From Histomonas meleagridis 2922-C6/04-290x (taxonomy: Eukaryota; Protista; Parabasalia): a stretch of 64,000 nucleotides of DNA. The stretch's first letter is position 1. Every line of letters starts with the position of its first letter. Shown piece by piece: positions 24,291-34,569 of this stretch. The notes below the pieces were generated by a model. It searched no databases. It saw only the letters and a list, made by a program, of their open reading frames with translations, and was not told the origin of the DNA. A program made the position numbers and the translations under genes. The stretch covers positions 372,001 through 436,000 of the forward strand of contig JAANOX010000087.1 in NCBI GenBank assembly GCA_020184695.1, in the 5' to 3' direction.

Positions 24291-26848
24291 TTAGAATTTT
24301 TCACGAAGTAAATTTACTATTTCTGTATAACTTTTTTGTTGTGCTATTTGAATTGCTGCCAGGTATTGTTAAAACATATTCCAAATTATGAAAATGAATA
24401 GTTTTTGCATTAATATCAATTCCTTTATCTAAAAGTAATTTTACTATTTCTATATTATTATTTTTAACTGCTATATGAAGTGCTGTTTCAAATTATTAAA
24501 ACATATTCTAAATTATTAAAACATATTTCAAATTATTAAAACATATATAAAATTATTAAAATAAATTCCAAATAATTAAAACATATTATAAATTATCAAA
24601 ACATATTTCAAATTATTAAAACATATTCTAAATTATTCAAATGAATACTTTTTGCATTAATATCAATTCCTTTATCTAAAAGTAATTTTACTATTTCTAT
24701 ATTATTATTTTTAACTGCTATATGAAGTGCTGTTTCAAATTATTAAAACATATTTCAAATTATTAAAACATATATAAAATTATTAAAACATATCCAAAAT
24801 TACTAAAACATATTCCAAATTATTAAAACATATTCTAAATTATTAAAATGAATAGTTTTTGCATTAATATCAATTCCTTTATCTAAAAGTAATTTTACTA
24901 TTTCTATATTATTATTTTCAACTGCTATATGAAGTGCTGTTTCAAATTATTAAAACATATTTCAAATTATTAAAACTTATTTCAAATTATTAAAACATAT
25001 TATAAATTATTGAAACATATTATAAATTATTATAACATATTTCAAATTATTGAAACAGATATAAAATTATTAAAACATATTATAAATTATTAAAACATAT
25101 ATCAAATTATTAAAACAGATATCAAATTATTATAACATATATAAAATTATTAAAACATATTACAAATTATTTAAACACATATAAAATTATTAAAACATAT
25201 TTCAAATTATTAAAACATATTTCAAATTATTAAAACATATTCTAAATTATTAAAATGAATAGTTTTTGCATTAATATCAATTCCTTTATCTAAAAGTAAT
25301 TTTACTATTTCTATATTATTATTTTTAACTGCTATATGAAGTGCTGTTTCAAATTATTAAAACATATTTCAAATTATTAAAACATATATAAAATTATTAA
25401 AACATATCCAAAATTACTAAAACATATTCCGAATTATTAAAAAATATTTCAAATTATTAAAACATATTCTAAATTATTAAAACATATATTAAATTATCAA
25501 AACGAATATATTTTGCATTAACATCAATTCCTTCTTTATCTAAAAGTAATTTTACTATTTCTATATTATTGTTTCTAACTGCTATATGAAGTGCTGTTTC
25601 AAATTATTAAAACATATTCTAAATTATTAAAACATATAAAAAATTATCAAAACGAATATTTGTTGCATTAATATCAATTCCTTCTTTATCTAAAAATAAT
25701 TTTACAAGTTCAATATTTCCTGATTCTGAAGCAAATGGCAAAATATTTTTTGGAATTTGATTATTTTGAAGGAAATATTGAACCAGATATAAATTTCCAT
25801 TTCTTGCTGATTCATTTATATTATCAGCATTAACATTAATTCTTTTTTCTTCCAAAAATGCTAAAATTTCATAATTATCTTTTTTGATACAAAAACTTAC
25901 CAAATCATTTGTATCTTCAGACATTTTTGGCTTTGATTGTATTTTTTCTAATTTATTCTCATAAATATATTTAAAGATATCATTTCGATGAAATTCGATT
26001 GTTGTTTCATATGCATTATCAAATGATGATTGATTTTGTTCACACAAATGAATGATTTCAAGATTTCCACCGGCAACTGCATATCTACCTGTATTTTTGA
26101 CATTTGCACCATTCATAAGTAAATATTTAAAACATTTAACTGAACCAAAAAATGCTGCATAATCAATTAATGTAACATTTGCATGATTGACAAACGAACA
26201 TCTTTCATAAAGTGATGGTTCAATTTTCTGGTTAAAATCAAAATTTGTTTGTGATGATATTTCTTGAAGTTTTTCTACTTCGTCTTTTCGAATTATTTTT
26301 GCAATTTCATTCGGATTATGTCCTTCTTTAATTAATTGCTTATGAAGTTCCCAATCATTCTTTGATAGTTCTTCATAATTTTTGATAAATTGTTTTTCAA
26401 ATGGATCTATATAGGTTCGTTGTTTGTTTACTTTTTTTGTTTTATAGTGTGCAAAATATTTTGAACTAATATTTTTAGTGATATTTTTATCAATTAAATT
26501 TTGTTCAATCATATTTTCAAGGAGATAATTTGATTCCTGCGAAGCTTTTTTAAGAAGCAACTGGGTGAAAATTTCACATATTCTATGTTTACTTTTTTTT
26601 GTTTTTTGTAATGCTTCAATTTCATTTATAAAAATTATATATACATTTGGGTCATTAGACTGTGAAATAAATGATGAATATATCATTTGACTAATTGTTA
26701 AATTAAAAGAATACGAGAGATTATTATCAAATATATCAAATAATGTATGTGCTGATTGAGAAATATTTGCTTTATTGAGGTCAAAAATAGTACGGTAAGC
26801 CATATAAAGCATTTCCCATTCTTTGCTTTTATTTTCAACACGTTGCAT
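24291..26848 (-). CDS. DUF3447 + ankyrin-repeat protein, locus C (ankyrin array interrupted by 6 minisatellite spacers)
   Basis: Intact 409 aa ORF, then ankyrin modules starting at 25597, 25347, 24940, 24733, 24486 and 24359. The terminal module AAIQIAQQKSYTEIVNLLREKF ends in TAA at 24293-24291. Confidence 0.85.
24360..25657 (-). repeat. Locus C interrupted ankyrin array: spacers 25598-25657 (60), 25348-25507 (160), 24941-25260 (320), 24734-24853 (120), 24487-24646 (160), 24360-24399 (40)
   Basis: Tandem 20-mer (plus strand TTCAAATTATTAAAACATAT) in 2-16 units between 87/90-nt ankyrin modules. Confidence 0.92.
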
Positions 26849-27563
26849 TTCTGATAAGAAAACGGTTATATATATTCAATTAAAAATGGATTTTTTTGTT
26901 TTTAATTTGCAATAACTTATAATTTCTTAATAGTAAATTTAGTGTTCTGTTCAAATTAAACTTATTTCATCTGCTCTGCTGATAAATGACTTCATGATGC
27001 GATGATGGAGAAATTGAATAAAAAGCCATGCTAAAGATTTTTTTTATTTTTTAGTGCTGAATACAGAGAGAGTATTAACAACTTATATTTCCCTCAATCG
27101 TTAAGAAAAAGAAGTTTTGGAGAGCTCATTAAACCACAATGATTAAATGATTAATTAGTCAGGAAATTTTGATTTACTTAACTTTTCCATATGAAATGCC
27201 ACTTTTATTATTAAATACAATGTATAGTTTATATAATCGTTTTAATCTCAAATACGAGCTTTGAAATAAACTAAATACAAATCAAAGTGTTCATTTCAGG
27301 AATGAGAAATTTAAAAATCTTTGTTAAATTATTGATTGTGTAAATTTCATTATAAATACATTTTTCATCATGTAAGTAAAATGTTTGAAAGCGTACATTT
27401 TGAGGCAACTCGCACTTTATTTATTATTATTGTTTTTGGCATTAATAACATAGTTTATGTATTTGTCAATAATATTCTTCAAAGATTCCTTCCACTTTTG
27501 CAACAAGTTATTCAACGATACATAAAATTTGGGGCATAAAATTAATATATTTTAAATTATTCA

Positions 27564-27913
27564 AAATTACTTTTAGATAAAGAAGGAATTGATGTTAATG
27601 TAAAAAGTATTCATTTGAATAATTTAAAATATGTTTTTAATAATTTTGGATATGTTTTAGTAATTTGAAATATGTTTTAATAATTTATAATATGTTTTAA
27701 TAATTTGGAATATGTTTTAATAATTTGAAATATGTTTTAATAATTTGAAACAGCACTTCATATAGCAGTTAAAAATAATAATATAGAAATAGTAAAATTA
27801 CTTTCAGATAAAGGAACTGATATTAATGCAAAAACTATTCATTTGAATAATTTAGAATATATTCTAATAATTTGGATTATGTTTTAATAATTTGATATCT
27901 GTTTTAATAATTT
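27564..27913 (+). pseudogene. Orphan fragment of a locus B/C-type interrupted ankyrin array
   Basis: KLLLDKEGIDVNVKS, then a 141-nt spacer (27609-27749), then module TALHIAVKNNNIEIVKLLSDKGTDINAKT (27750-27836), then a truncated spacer. No DUF3447 domain lies upstream. Confidence 0.8.
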
Positions 27914-27972
27914 GGGTTACCCGAACGACACATATAATATAGGGCGTGCCCTGGGGCATAAAATTTCACACC

Positions 27973-28590
27973 TTAAATATATTCCAAATATTATTTTGAA
28001 ATAGAAAATTATTAAAATAAATATTAAATACAATAAATAGGTATCTTCAGCATTAATATTAATTCCTTTTTGTTCAAGAAGTAACTCAACAATTGCTTTA
28101 TAATCTTCTAAAGATGCTGAAATAAGCACTGTTTTAAATAATATAAATAATTTCCAAATATTATTTTGTAAAATAAAATTATTCAAACAAATATCAAAAA
28201 AAAAACAAATAAATATCTTTTGCATTAATATTAATTCCTTTAAGATTTAAAACATATTTAACTAGTTCGATGTTTCCTGACATTGATAAATAAATTAATA
28301 TATTATTTGAAATTTGATTTTCTTTAAGAAAAGATTTAGTAAGATATATGTTCCCAATACTTGCTTATTTATTAATTATAGAATCATTGATTTTCATTCC
28401 TTCTTTTACTTAAGAAACATTAAAATTTCATATTTATAATAAAAAACGAAATCAGTGCCTAATTTTTCTATATCACTAATTGCAACAATTTTATTTTCAT
28501 AAATCGATTTAAAAACAAGGTTGTACTGTATTCTAAAAATAAACCTATCCGCATATATAACAATTCTCACTTTTACCCTATCGGATTTCA
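27973..28590 (-). pseudogene. Decayed DUF3447-ankyrin gene of locus D type, truncated inside a spacer
   Basis: FKSIYENKIVAISDIEKLG...; SMSGNIELVKYVLNLKGININAKD; 82-nt spacer 28133-28214; module TVLISASLEDYKAIVELLLEQKGININAED; then a partial spacer. A stop occurs in the DUF3447 tail. Confidence 0.78.
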
Positions 28591-28964
28591 TGGAACAAAT
28601 ACTGTTGCTTATTTGTGAATGACGCGATCAAATTGAGTGTTCTAAGGATGCATATGCATGAGAAGGAGAGTGTCATCAAACCCAAAATGGTCCATCGAAG
28701 TTCTTCTTTTGCTCTGATGTTGTTAAATAATAATAAATTGATATAATTTCGATTATACGAATAAATTTGAAAATTTTCAATAATATGGAATAGAATGATG
28801 ATTTGAAAAAGGAACCTTGAATAATATTTTTTTTTTTTCAAATGACACAAGATGATATAATCACGAAAGATGTTATATCAGATTACGTGTCTCTACAAGT
28901 TTTATTTAAAATTTGCATATAAGGGGTAAATTTTATTATTCAATTTTTTGAAATATATAAATTC

Positions 28965-29550
28965 TCAAAGAAATGTTGCGATGTCCTTATATGCTCCTTC
29001 AAATCCACAATAATTTATATCATTGTCTCGTTTGGTAAAGATTGGATGAACAATCAAATCAAAATATTTACCAATACCTTCATCAACTAGTAACTGACGA
29101 AATATTAATGCAACTCTTGTTGGAGAGTTTCGAAAGGCCCCACAGCCAAAAGCTCCAAGGACCAAAACTTTACATCTATTTTCAATAGCTCGATGAATAA
29201 TTTTTCGGCATCTCACAAGCATTGTATTATCGACTTCTTCCTGTGTATTTCTCCCTGTGTTGTTTGGAGCTGGAGCAAGTATATCATATAGTCGCTGTAA
29301 AGATGAGAACCATTGGCTTGGTTGAATTGATACATTTTTTGATGAATAATTTGAGTTGAATATAAACATGAACAACGGCATAACATTTCTTCTTGAGCCT
29401 GGGCGCCGCTAAGAAATCCACCTCCTGGCTTTCTTCCTGATGCAAAGTTTAAACAAGTAACATATGTTACAGAATGAGAGATATCTCTATTCTCTTTTCG
29501 AATCAGTCGATAGCATGCCTCAAAGGTTGACTCTTTAGTAGCTATTTAAA
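28965..29550 (-). pseudogene. TIGR02452 family (microbial PARG-like macrodomain) pseudogene
   Basis: ESTFEACYRL..CLNFASGRKPGGGFLSGAQAQEEMLCRCSCLY..YSDYMIY is in one frame and APAPN...LVLGAFGCGAFRNSP in another. The usual intervening segment is missing and upstream codons include stops. Confidence 0.82.
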
Positions 29551-30858
29551 TATATATTCAAATCATTTTGGAAAAAGCTGGAATATTCAAAAGTATATCT
29601 AAACAAATATTGTTTGTAAAAAAAATATTTCTGGAGTTAAAAATATGTTTTGTAAACGAAACTTTTTAATACCAATTAAAATATTATTGGATGAGTTCTT
29701 AAAATAATGATTGCTCGAAACTGGTAAAAATTTATTGTCTCTTTGTGGTTTTTTCTGAAGCAACTTTTAAATCATCTTTTTTAACATAAATAGGATTGAA
29801 ATACCTTCGAATTAGAATCTTCAAGGCCAATATGATTTTACAACTTAATTGATTCACTATATATCTAATTACAGCTAGTAAAAATATATGTTTTTTTTAC
29901 AAAAATAGAATGTGTGTTTAAATTTTAAATTTGAAAAAAAAAAAGAAATGCAAATTTAAGCATCTTTGAAATTCTTTTCATAACTTCCCCTGCATGTATC
30001 TATTACTTTGTTTTAATTATTTATTTTTATATTTATATATATTGTAATTATTTTTATCATTCCTCTCTTTTAATTTAAATTTGATTTCATTTTTTTTGAA
30101 ATTGAATTGTTTTTAATCATCTCTTGTTTTTTTTAGTGCAACATTAACAAGGTACAGAAATCCCACTATCACAATCAAGCTTGAATATATTCTATTTACA
30201 ATGAAAGTTATTATTAAAATGTGAATGTCAAATGAAAATAGTGATTTTCCTAAAATGTACATTTGTTTTAAAAAAAACTCATATAGTAATAAAAAGATTG
30301 ATAAAACATAAAAATAGTCAAATTACTTATAAAGAAAATTTAATAAGGGAACCTTCTCATATAGACATGAACATATTGGTAGTTGAGGGGCTCAGGTTTT
30401 TTGTTGCTTTCCCAACATTTTAGTACAACTTTTTCTTTGAAAATTTGAATCATATTGAATTTCATAAAGTCATTTTTTATTCAAAAGTTTATATTGATGC
30501 GGCCACTGCCTGAAAACCAGACCAACAAATATTGATACCATAATTTCGATGATTTCAGTAAATAAGTAAAACTTCTTTCTTGATTTGATTATTATTGATG
30601 TTTAATATCATAATTTTTTTTGTTTCTTTTTGGAAATATTTTTTATAATTTCTGATTTTGTGAAACATTTCGATTTTTTGTTTGAATTATATATTCATCT
30701 AAACAATAACTACAATATTTTTACAATGAATAGCGTTTTCTTGGAGTTTGTCCTAAAGAAGATGTGGAAACAACTCCACCAGAAAAAGTGGTTTTTGTCA
30801 GGTTTATTGAATTGTGTGGTCGGATTTTGATTGGTTTACCCAAACCAAAAATTGGCAA

Positions 30859-33756
30859 ATGAGCGTAACAAACGTCACGCTTCGTTTCACTTTCCAAGCA
30901 TACCAGCGTACGGATGTATCAGTACTATGGTGCAAAATTAAAGACCAATCGCAAAAACCAGATTATGAAAACATACTTAAATTGAAAAATTCTAACAATT
31001 CTCTCAATTATTCAGCAGACTTAACAATCAGTGAAGAACCAAGAACTACTTTATGTTATAAATTCAGATATGGAGACAATAAATATTCTAATCCAGGAAC
31101 ATACCTAATCACAAATTCACTGCAAGATCCTCTTTTGATTACTGAATATGAAAGAATTCAAGGATCTAGCAAGGGTGTTACGCTTCGGTTCAAAATTAAC
31201 TATCAAACATATTATGGACAGATTTTATATGTTGTTGGATCTCTACCAGAATTAGGTCATTGGGACAACAGCAAAGGATTAAGACTTTACCATAGCAACT
31301 CACCGCCTCAAGGATATGATTTAAATGGTCTTTTTAGCGATAACAAATTTAACTGGCAATGTGACTTAAAATTGCCATTCTTACCGGACTCTATCAGTTA
31401 CAGGTACGTAGTTCTAAACGAATCGGCAACTCCTTTTGTTGAGCCAGGTAATGTCAGAAATTTCACATTTCCCAATTATCCAGTTGATTTTATGGAATTT
31501 AACGATGTGTGGCGGTGGAACGAGTTAACACAGAATTTATTTTCCAAGAGGCTTTTTGACGAAATGTTTTTTGTCAAAAAGTATTTCGATAAGCCAATTA
31601 AAGGAAGAGAGCCAATCAGCTCTTCAGGACATCAAGAGACGTCACGAGACTATATACTATGCACTTTTTGCGCGCATTGCGGGGTCGTTGGCCGATCCCG
31701 TAATATATGTGTTGTTGGTTCAATTCCCGAATTAGGGCAATGGAACCCCAAATCCGCAATACCATTGGAACCGTCAGCTGATCTTCAATGGTCTAAAGAA
31801 ATAGCTATTCCTCCAAGTCAATTTCCATTTGAATTCAAATTTATTGCATCAGAAGAACCCGAATCAGTTGTTTGGGAGACACATGAAAACCGTACAGCGA
31901 CCATATCAGATGCTTCTGGCAGCACAAACAAAAATGTTGTAATTGATTCATGGCATATTAATTTTCCGAATCTCTCATTTCATGGTGCGGGTGTTATTGT
32001 TAATGTTAATGACCTCAGTGTTTTTGATTTTGGTGTCCTTAATCTTCTTATTGATTGGGCACGTAATGTTGGATTTGCGTCAGTTCTCATTTCTGGCATC
32101 CTTGATGTAACCGCTCTAACCGCCAAATTTGAGACGCTTCCTGTTAACGGTTTCGCCCTCAATCCACTTCATATCGATCTCAAAGATTATGGGTTTAATA
32201 CTACTAACAATGATCCACAAGCCATTTTATCCGAGAAACTCATATTTTTAAAGCAATTATGGGAGAGTCGGAAGAATGAATTTCTTACAGAAGTTAATCA
32301 ATTTAAGAAATCTAATGATTGGATCAATGATTATGAGAAACTTTGTTATAGCCAATTTAATCACACTGATATCCACCACGAAGTTCCTCATGAATATTCG
32401 TTATATGTTGACTTTGTCCAATATTTATGTTACAAGCAACTTCATAACTCTATTGATCATGCGCATTCTATTAACATTGCGATTGGCACTGACATTCCAT
32501 TTGCGTTATCTGAGAACAGTGCCGAAGCATATTTACAGCCCACATTGTTCATGCAAGATTATTACTTAGGGATTGCGCCTACATCAGAGAAGCCGACCGG
32601 AAGTATAATGCGGTCATATCCATATAACTTTTCTAATGCCGAAGAATGGTTTCAGAAACGGATTCGACATTTTTCGAAGTTATTTTCCATGATTCGCTTA
32701 GATTCGACGATATTATATTTCCGACAATTTGTAGTTCCACGTAAGACGTCATTGACTGCAGTCTTCGGCCATTATGAGCCATCAGTTAATATCTCATATG
32801 CCGAGTTAGAAACATGGGGACTATGGGATATCAAACGTTATACTGAGCCATTTATTCGTGCGCAATTTCTCGATAATTTATTTGGTGAAGATGCGCTAAA
32901 GATTCACGACATCTTTCTGAAGGAAGAAAGCGGATTATTATGTTTCAAGCCTGAGTTTAATAGTGAGCGAAGTTTAATAGAGACAAAATTATCACCAGAA
33001 TTTGATACATTACGAAAGAAATATTTGAAACAATTGATTCGATTAATGGATGAAATATTATTAATTAAAGTTGGTGAAAATGAATATCGGCCACGTATTA
33101 AGTTACAATATGCAGTATGTGATGAACCAAAAATTAGTTCATATTCATTTTCTCAATTACCATCATATCATCAAACGCCATTTTTACGTCTTGAAGATGA
33201 ATATGTTAATAACAAACAAAAGATTTTGTGGGTGTTTAATGGGAAACAAATTCTTCAACATATTACAGCAATAAATGACGCGACGTTCATTAGTGACGCT
33301 GCAGGTATTGACGGCGAATTATGTGATGAGACATTACAAAGTGTCGGAGTTTTGCCTTCGAGAGTACAAATGGAAGGAAGAAACAAAAATATGTTATTCG
33401 ATGACATTAGAGGTTATCCATTTTTAAGTGTCGCAACACCACAAAGAAACTTTAAGAAGTCGATTCGAAGGTTTTGGACTTCGTCAAGAGAAAAAGCAGA
33501 ACGGCTTTGGGAAGAAGAGTTTTGGGAAACAGGAAAAACACCAGTGGAATATACAGATAAAGTCGCATTGAACATAATGAAACAACATTGTTGGAGTGGA
33601 TCAATGTGGGCAATATTCCCAATAGATTCGTTGGTGGGAACTGGTGATAAAATGGTGGGCGAAAATAACGAGAAAATAGACATATTGAAGTATTTGAAGG
33701 ATGAAATACCACAAAAAGAAATTAGAGACGTGTTGATACAAACTCAAAGAAAATGA
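30859..33756 (+). CDS. CBM20-containing 4-alpha-glucanotransferase-like protein (GH77, DPE2-like)
   Basis: CBM20 motifs (YQTYYGQILYVVGSLPELGHWD; CVVGSIPELGQWNPKSAIPL..WE...NR) followed by a GH77-like region (IGTDIPF, GIAP, IRLD..LYFR, LWDIKRYTEPFI). ATG at 30859. Confidence 0.85.
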   Translation: MSVTNVTLRFTFQAYQRTDVSVLWCKIKDQSQKPDYENILKLKNSNNSLNYSADLTISEEPRTTLCYKFRYGDNKYSNPGTYLITNSLQDPLLITEYERIQGSSKGVTLRFKINYQTYYGQILYVVGSLPELGHWDNSKGLRLYHSNSPPQGYDLNGLFSDNKFNWQCDLKLPFLPDSISYRYVVLNESATPFVEPGNVRNFTFPNYPVDFMEFNDVWRWNELTQNLFSKRLFDEMFFVKKYFDKPIKGREPISSSGHQETSRDYILCTFCAHCGVVGRSRNICVVGSIPELGQWNPKSAIPLEPSADLQWSKEIAIPPSQFPFEFKFIASEEPESVVWETHENRTATISDASGSTNKNVVIDSWHINFPNLSFHGAGVIVNVNDLSVFDFGVLNLLIDWARNVGFASVLISGILDVTALTAKFETLPVNGFALNPLHIDLKDYGFNTTNNDPQAILSEKLIFLKQLWESRKNEFLTEVNQFKKSNDWINDYEKLCYSQFNHTDIHHEVPHEYSLYVDFVQYLCYKQLHNSIDHAHSINIAIGTDIPFALSENSAEAYLQPTLFMQDYYLGIAPTSEKPTGSIMRSYPYNFSNAEEWFQKRIRHFSKLFSMIRLDSTILYFRQFVVPRKTSLTAVFGHYEPSVNISYAELETWGLWDIKRYTEPFIRAQFLDNLFGEDALKIHDIFLKEESGLLCFKPEFNSERSLIETKLSPEFDTLRKKYLKQLIRLMDEILLIKVGENEYRPRIKLQYAVCDEPKISSYSFSQLPSYHQTPFLRLEDEYVNNKQKILWVFNGKQILQHITAINDATFISDAAGIDGELCDETLQSVGVLPSRVQMEGRNKNMLFDDIRGYPFLSVATPQRNFKKSIRRFWTSSREKAERLWEEEFWETGKTPVEYTDKVALNIMKQHCWSGSMWAIFPIDSLVGTGDKMVGENNEKIDILKYLKDEIPQKEIRDVLIQTQRK

Positions 33757-34220
33757 AAAATTTGTAATTTTTTGTGAATGTTTTCATGATTATGAATAAA
33801 AAAATTAATTCATTTTTGGATAAAAAATTTAATGAAAATTTGCAGCTGTAAATGTGATTCTGTTTGAATAAATGGATTAAAAGTTTATGTTAAGCAAACA
33901 GTTAAAATTTACAGAAGGTATATGCCACAAATAGCCGAGGAAAGTATCGAATAACGACCCGCTCACCTCATGTTTTTGATATATTCTAATGTTTCTTAAA
34001 GTTATTATTTTTAACATCTATTCACTTATTTTCAATTTATTCTCTAATATGAAAATCTTAATTCATTTATCAAAATTGAAAATATAACATATTCTAATAA
34101 TTCATATGTTTTTAAAAAACATTAAATAATCATGTTTTACATCCCACAATATTCTTTATTCTATTCTTAACTTTTATATTATTTTTCATTGAGTTAACTC
34201 ATGTTTTATAAAACTTCTTT

Positions 34221-34263
34221 TTGTTTGCTTCGCTTTGCTCAGCAAACAACGAAGCGCATTCTT
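34221..34263. repeat. Short hairpin-forming dispersed repeat (second copy 53962-54002)
   Basis: TTGTTTGCT-11nt-AGCAAACAA followed by CGAAGCGCATTCTTGT; the second copy is TTGTTTG...CAAACAACGCGAAGCGTATTCTTGT. Confidence 0.6.
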
Positions 34264-34569
34264 GTGAAATATTTAAAAATTACTTTAGATAAACATTTAA
34301 CATAATCATACATGTAATTTTTTAAAGTATTATTTAAAATTAATTTATTATTTTATCTATGATGTTCAATTAAAAAAAATGATTTGATTCATCTGAACAT
34401 AGCCAATAAAATATTGGAGAGCTCCAATCAAGCAATAGATGATTTATAATATTTGACCTAATTCTATATACCAACATTTTCGATACATAATGAATCTACA
34501 AAAACAAAATAGAAAAATTGCCTCAACTAAAAATAAAGATTTTTTGTATGCATTTAATTCAAACATATT

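Noticed and set aside
24360-25657. CRISPR-like array (repeat plus variable spacer)
   Set aside because: The constant unit is protein-coding ankyrin, the variable part is a 20-bp minisatellite, there are no cas genes, and the context is eukaryotic.
30300-30560. Possible kinase C-terminal remnant (CWESNKKPEP)
   Set aside because: A single weak motif is not enough support.
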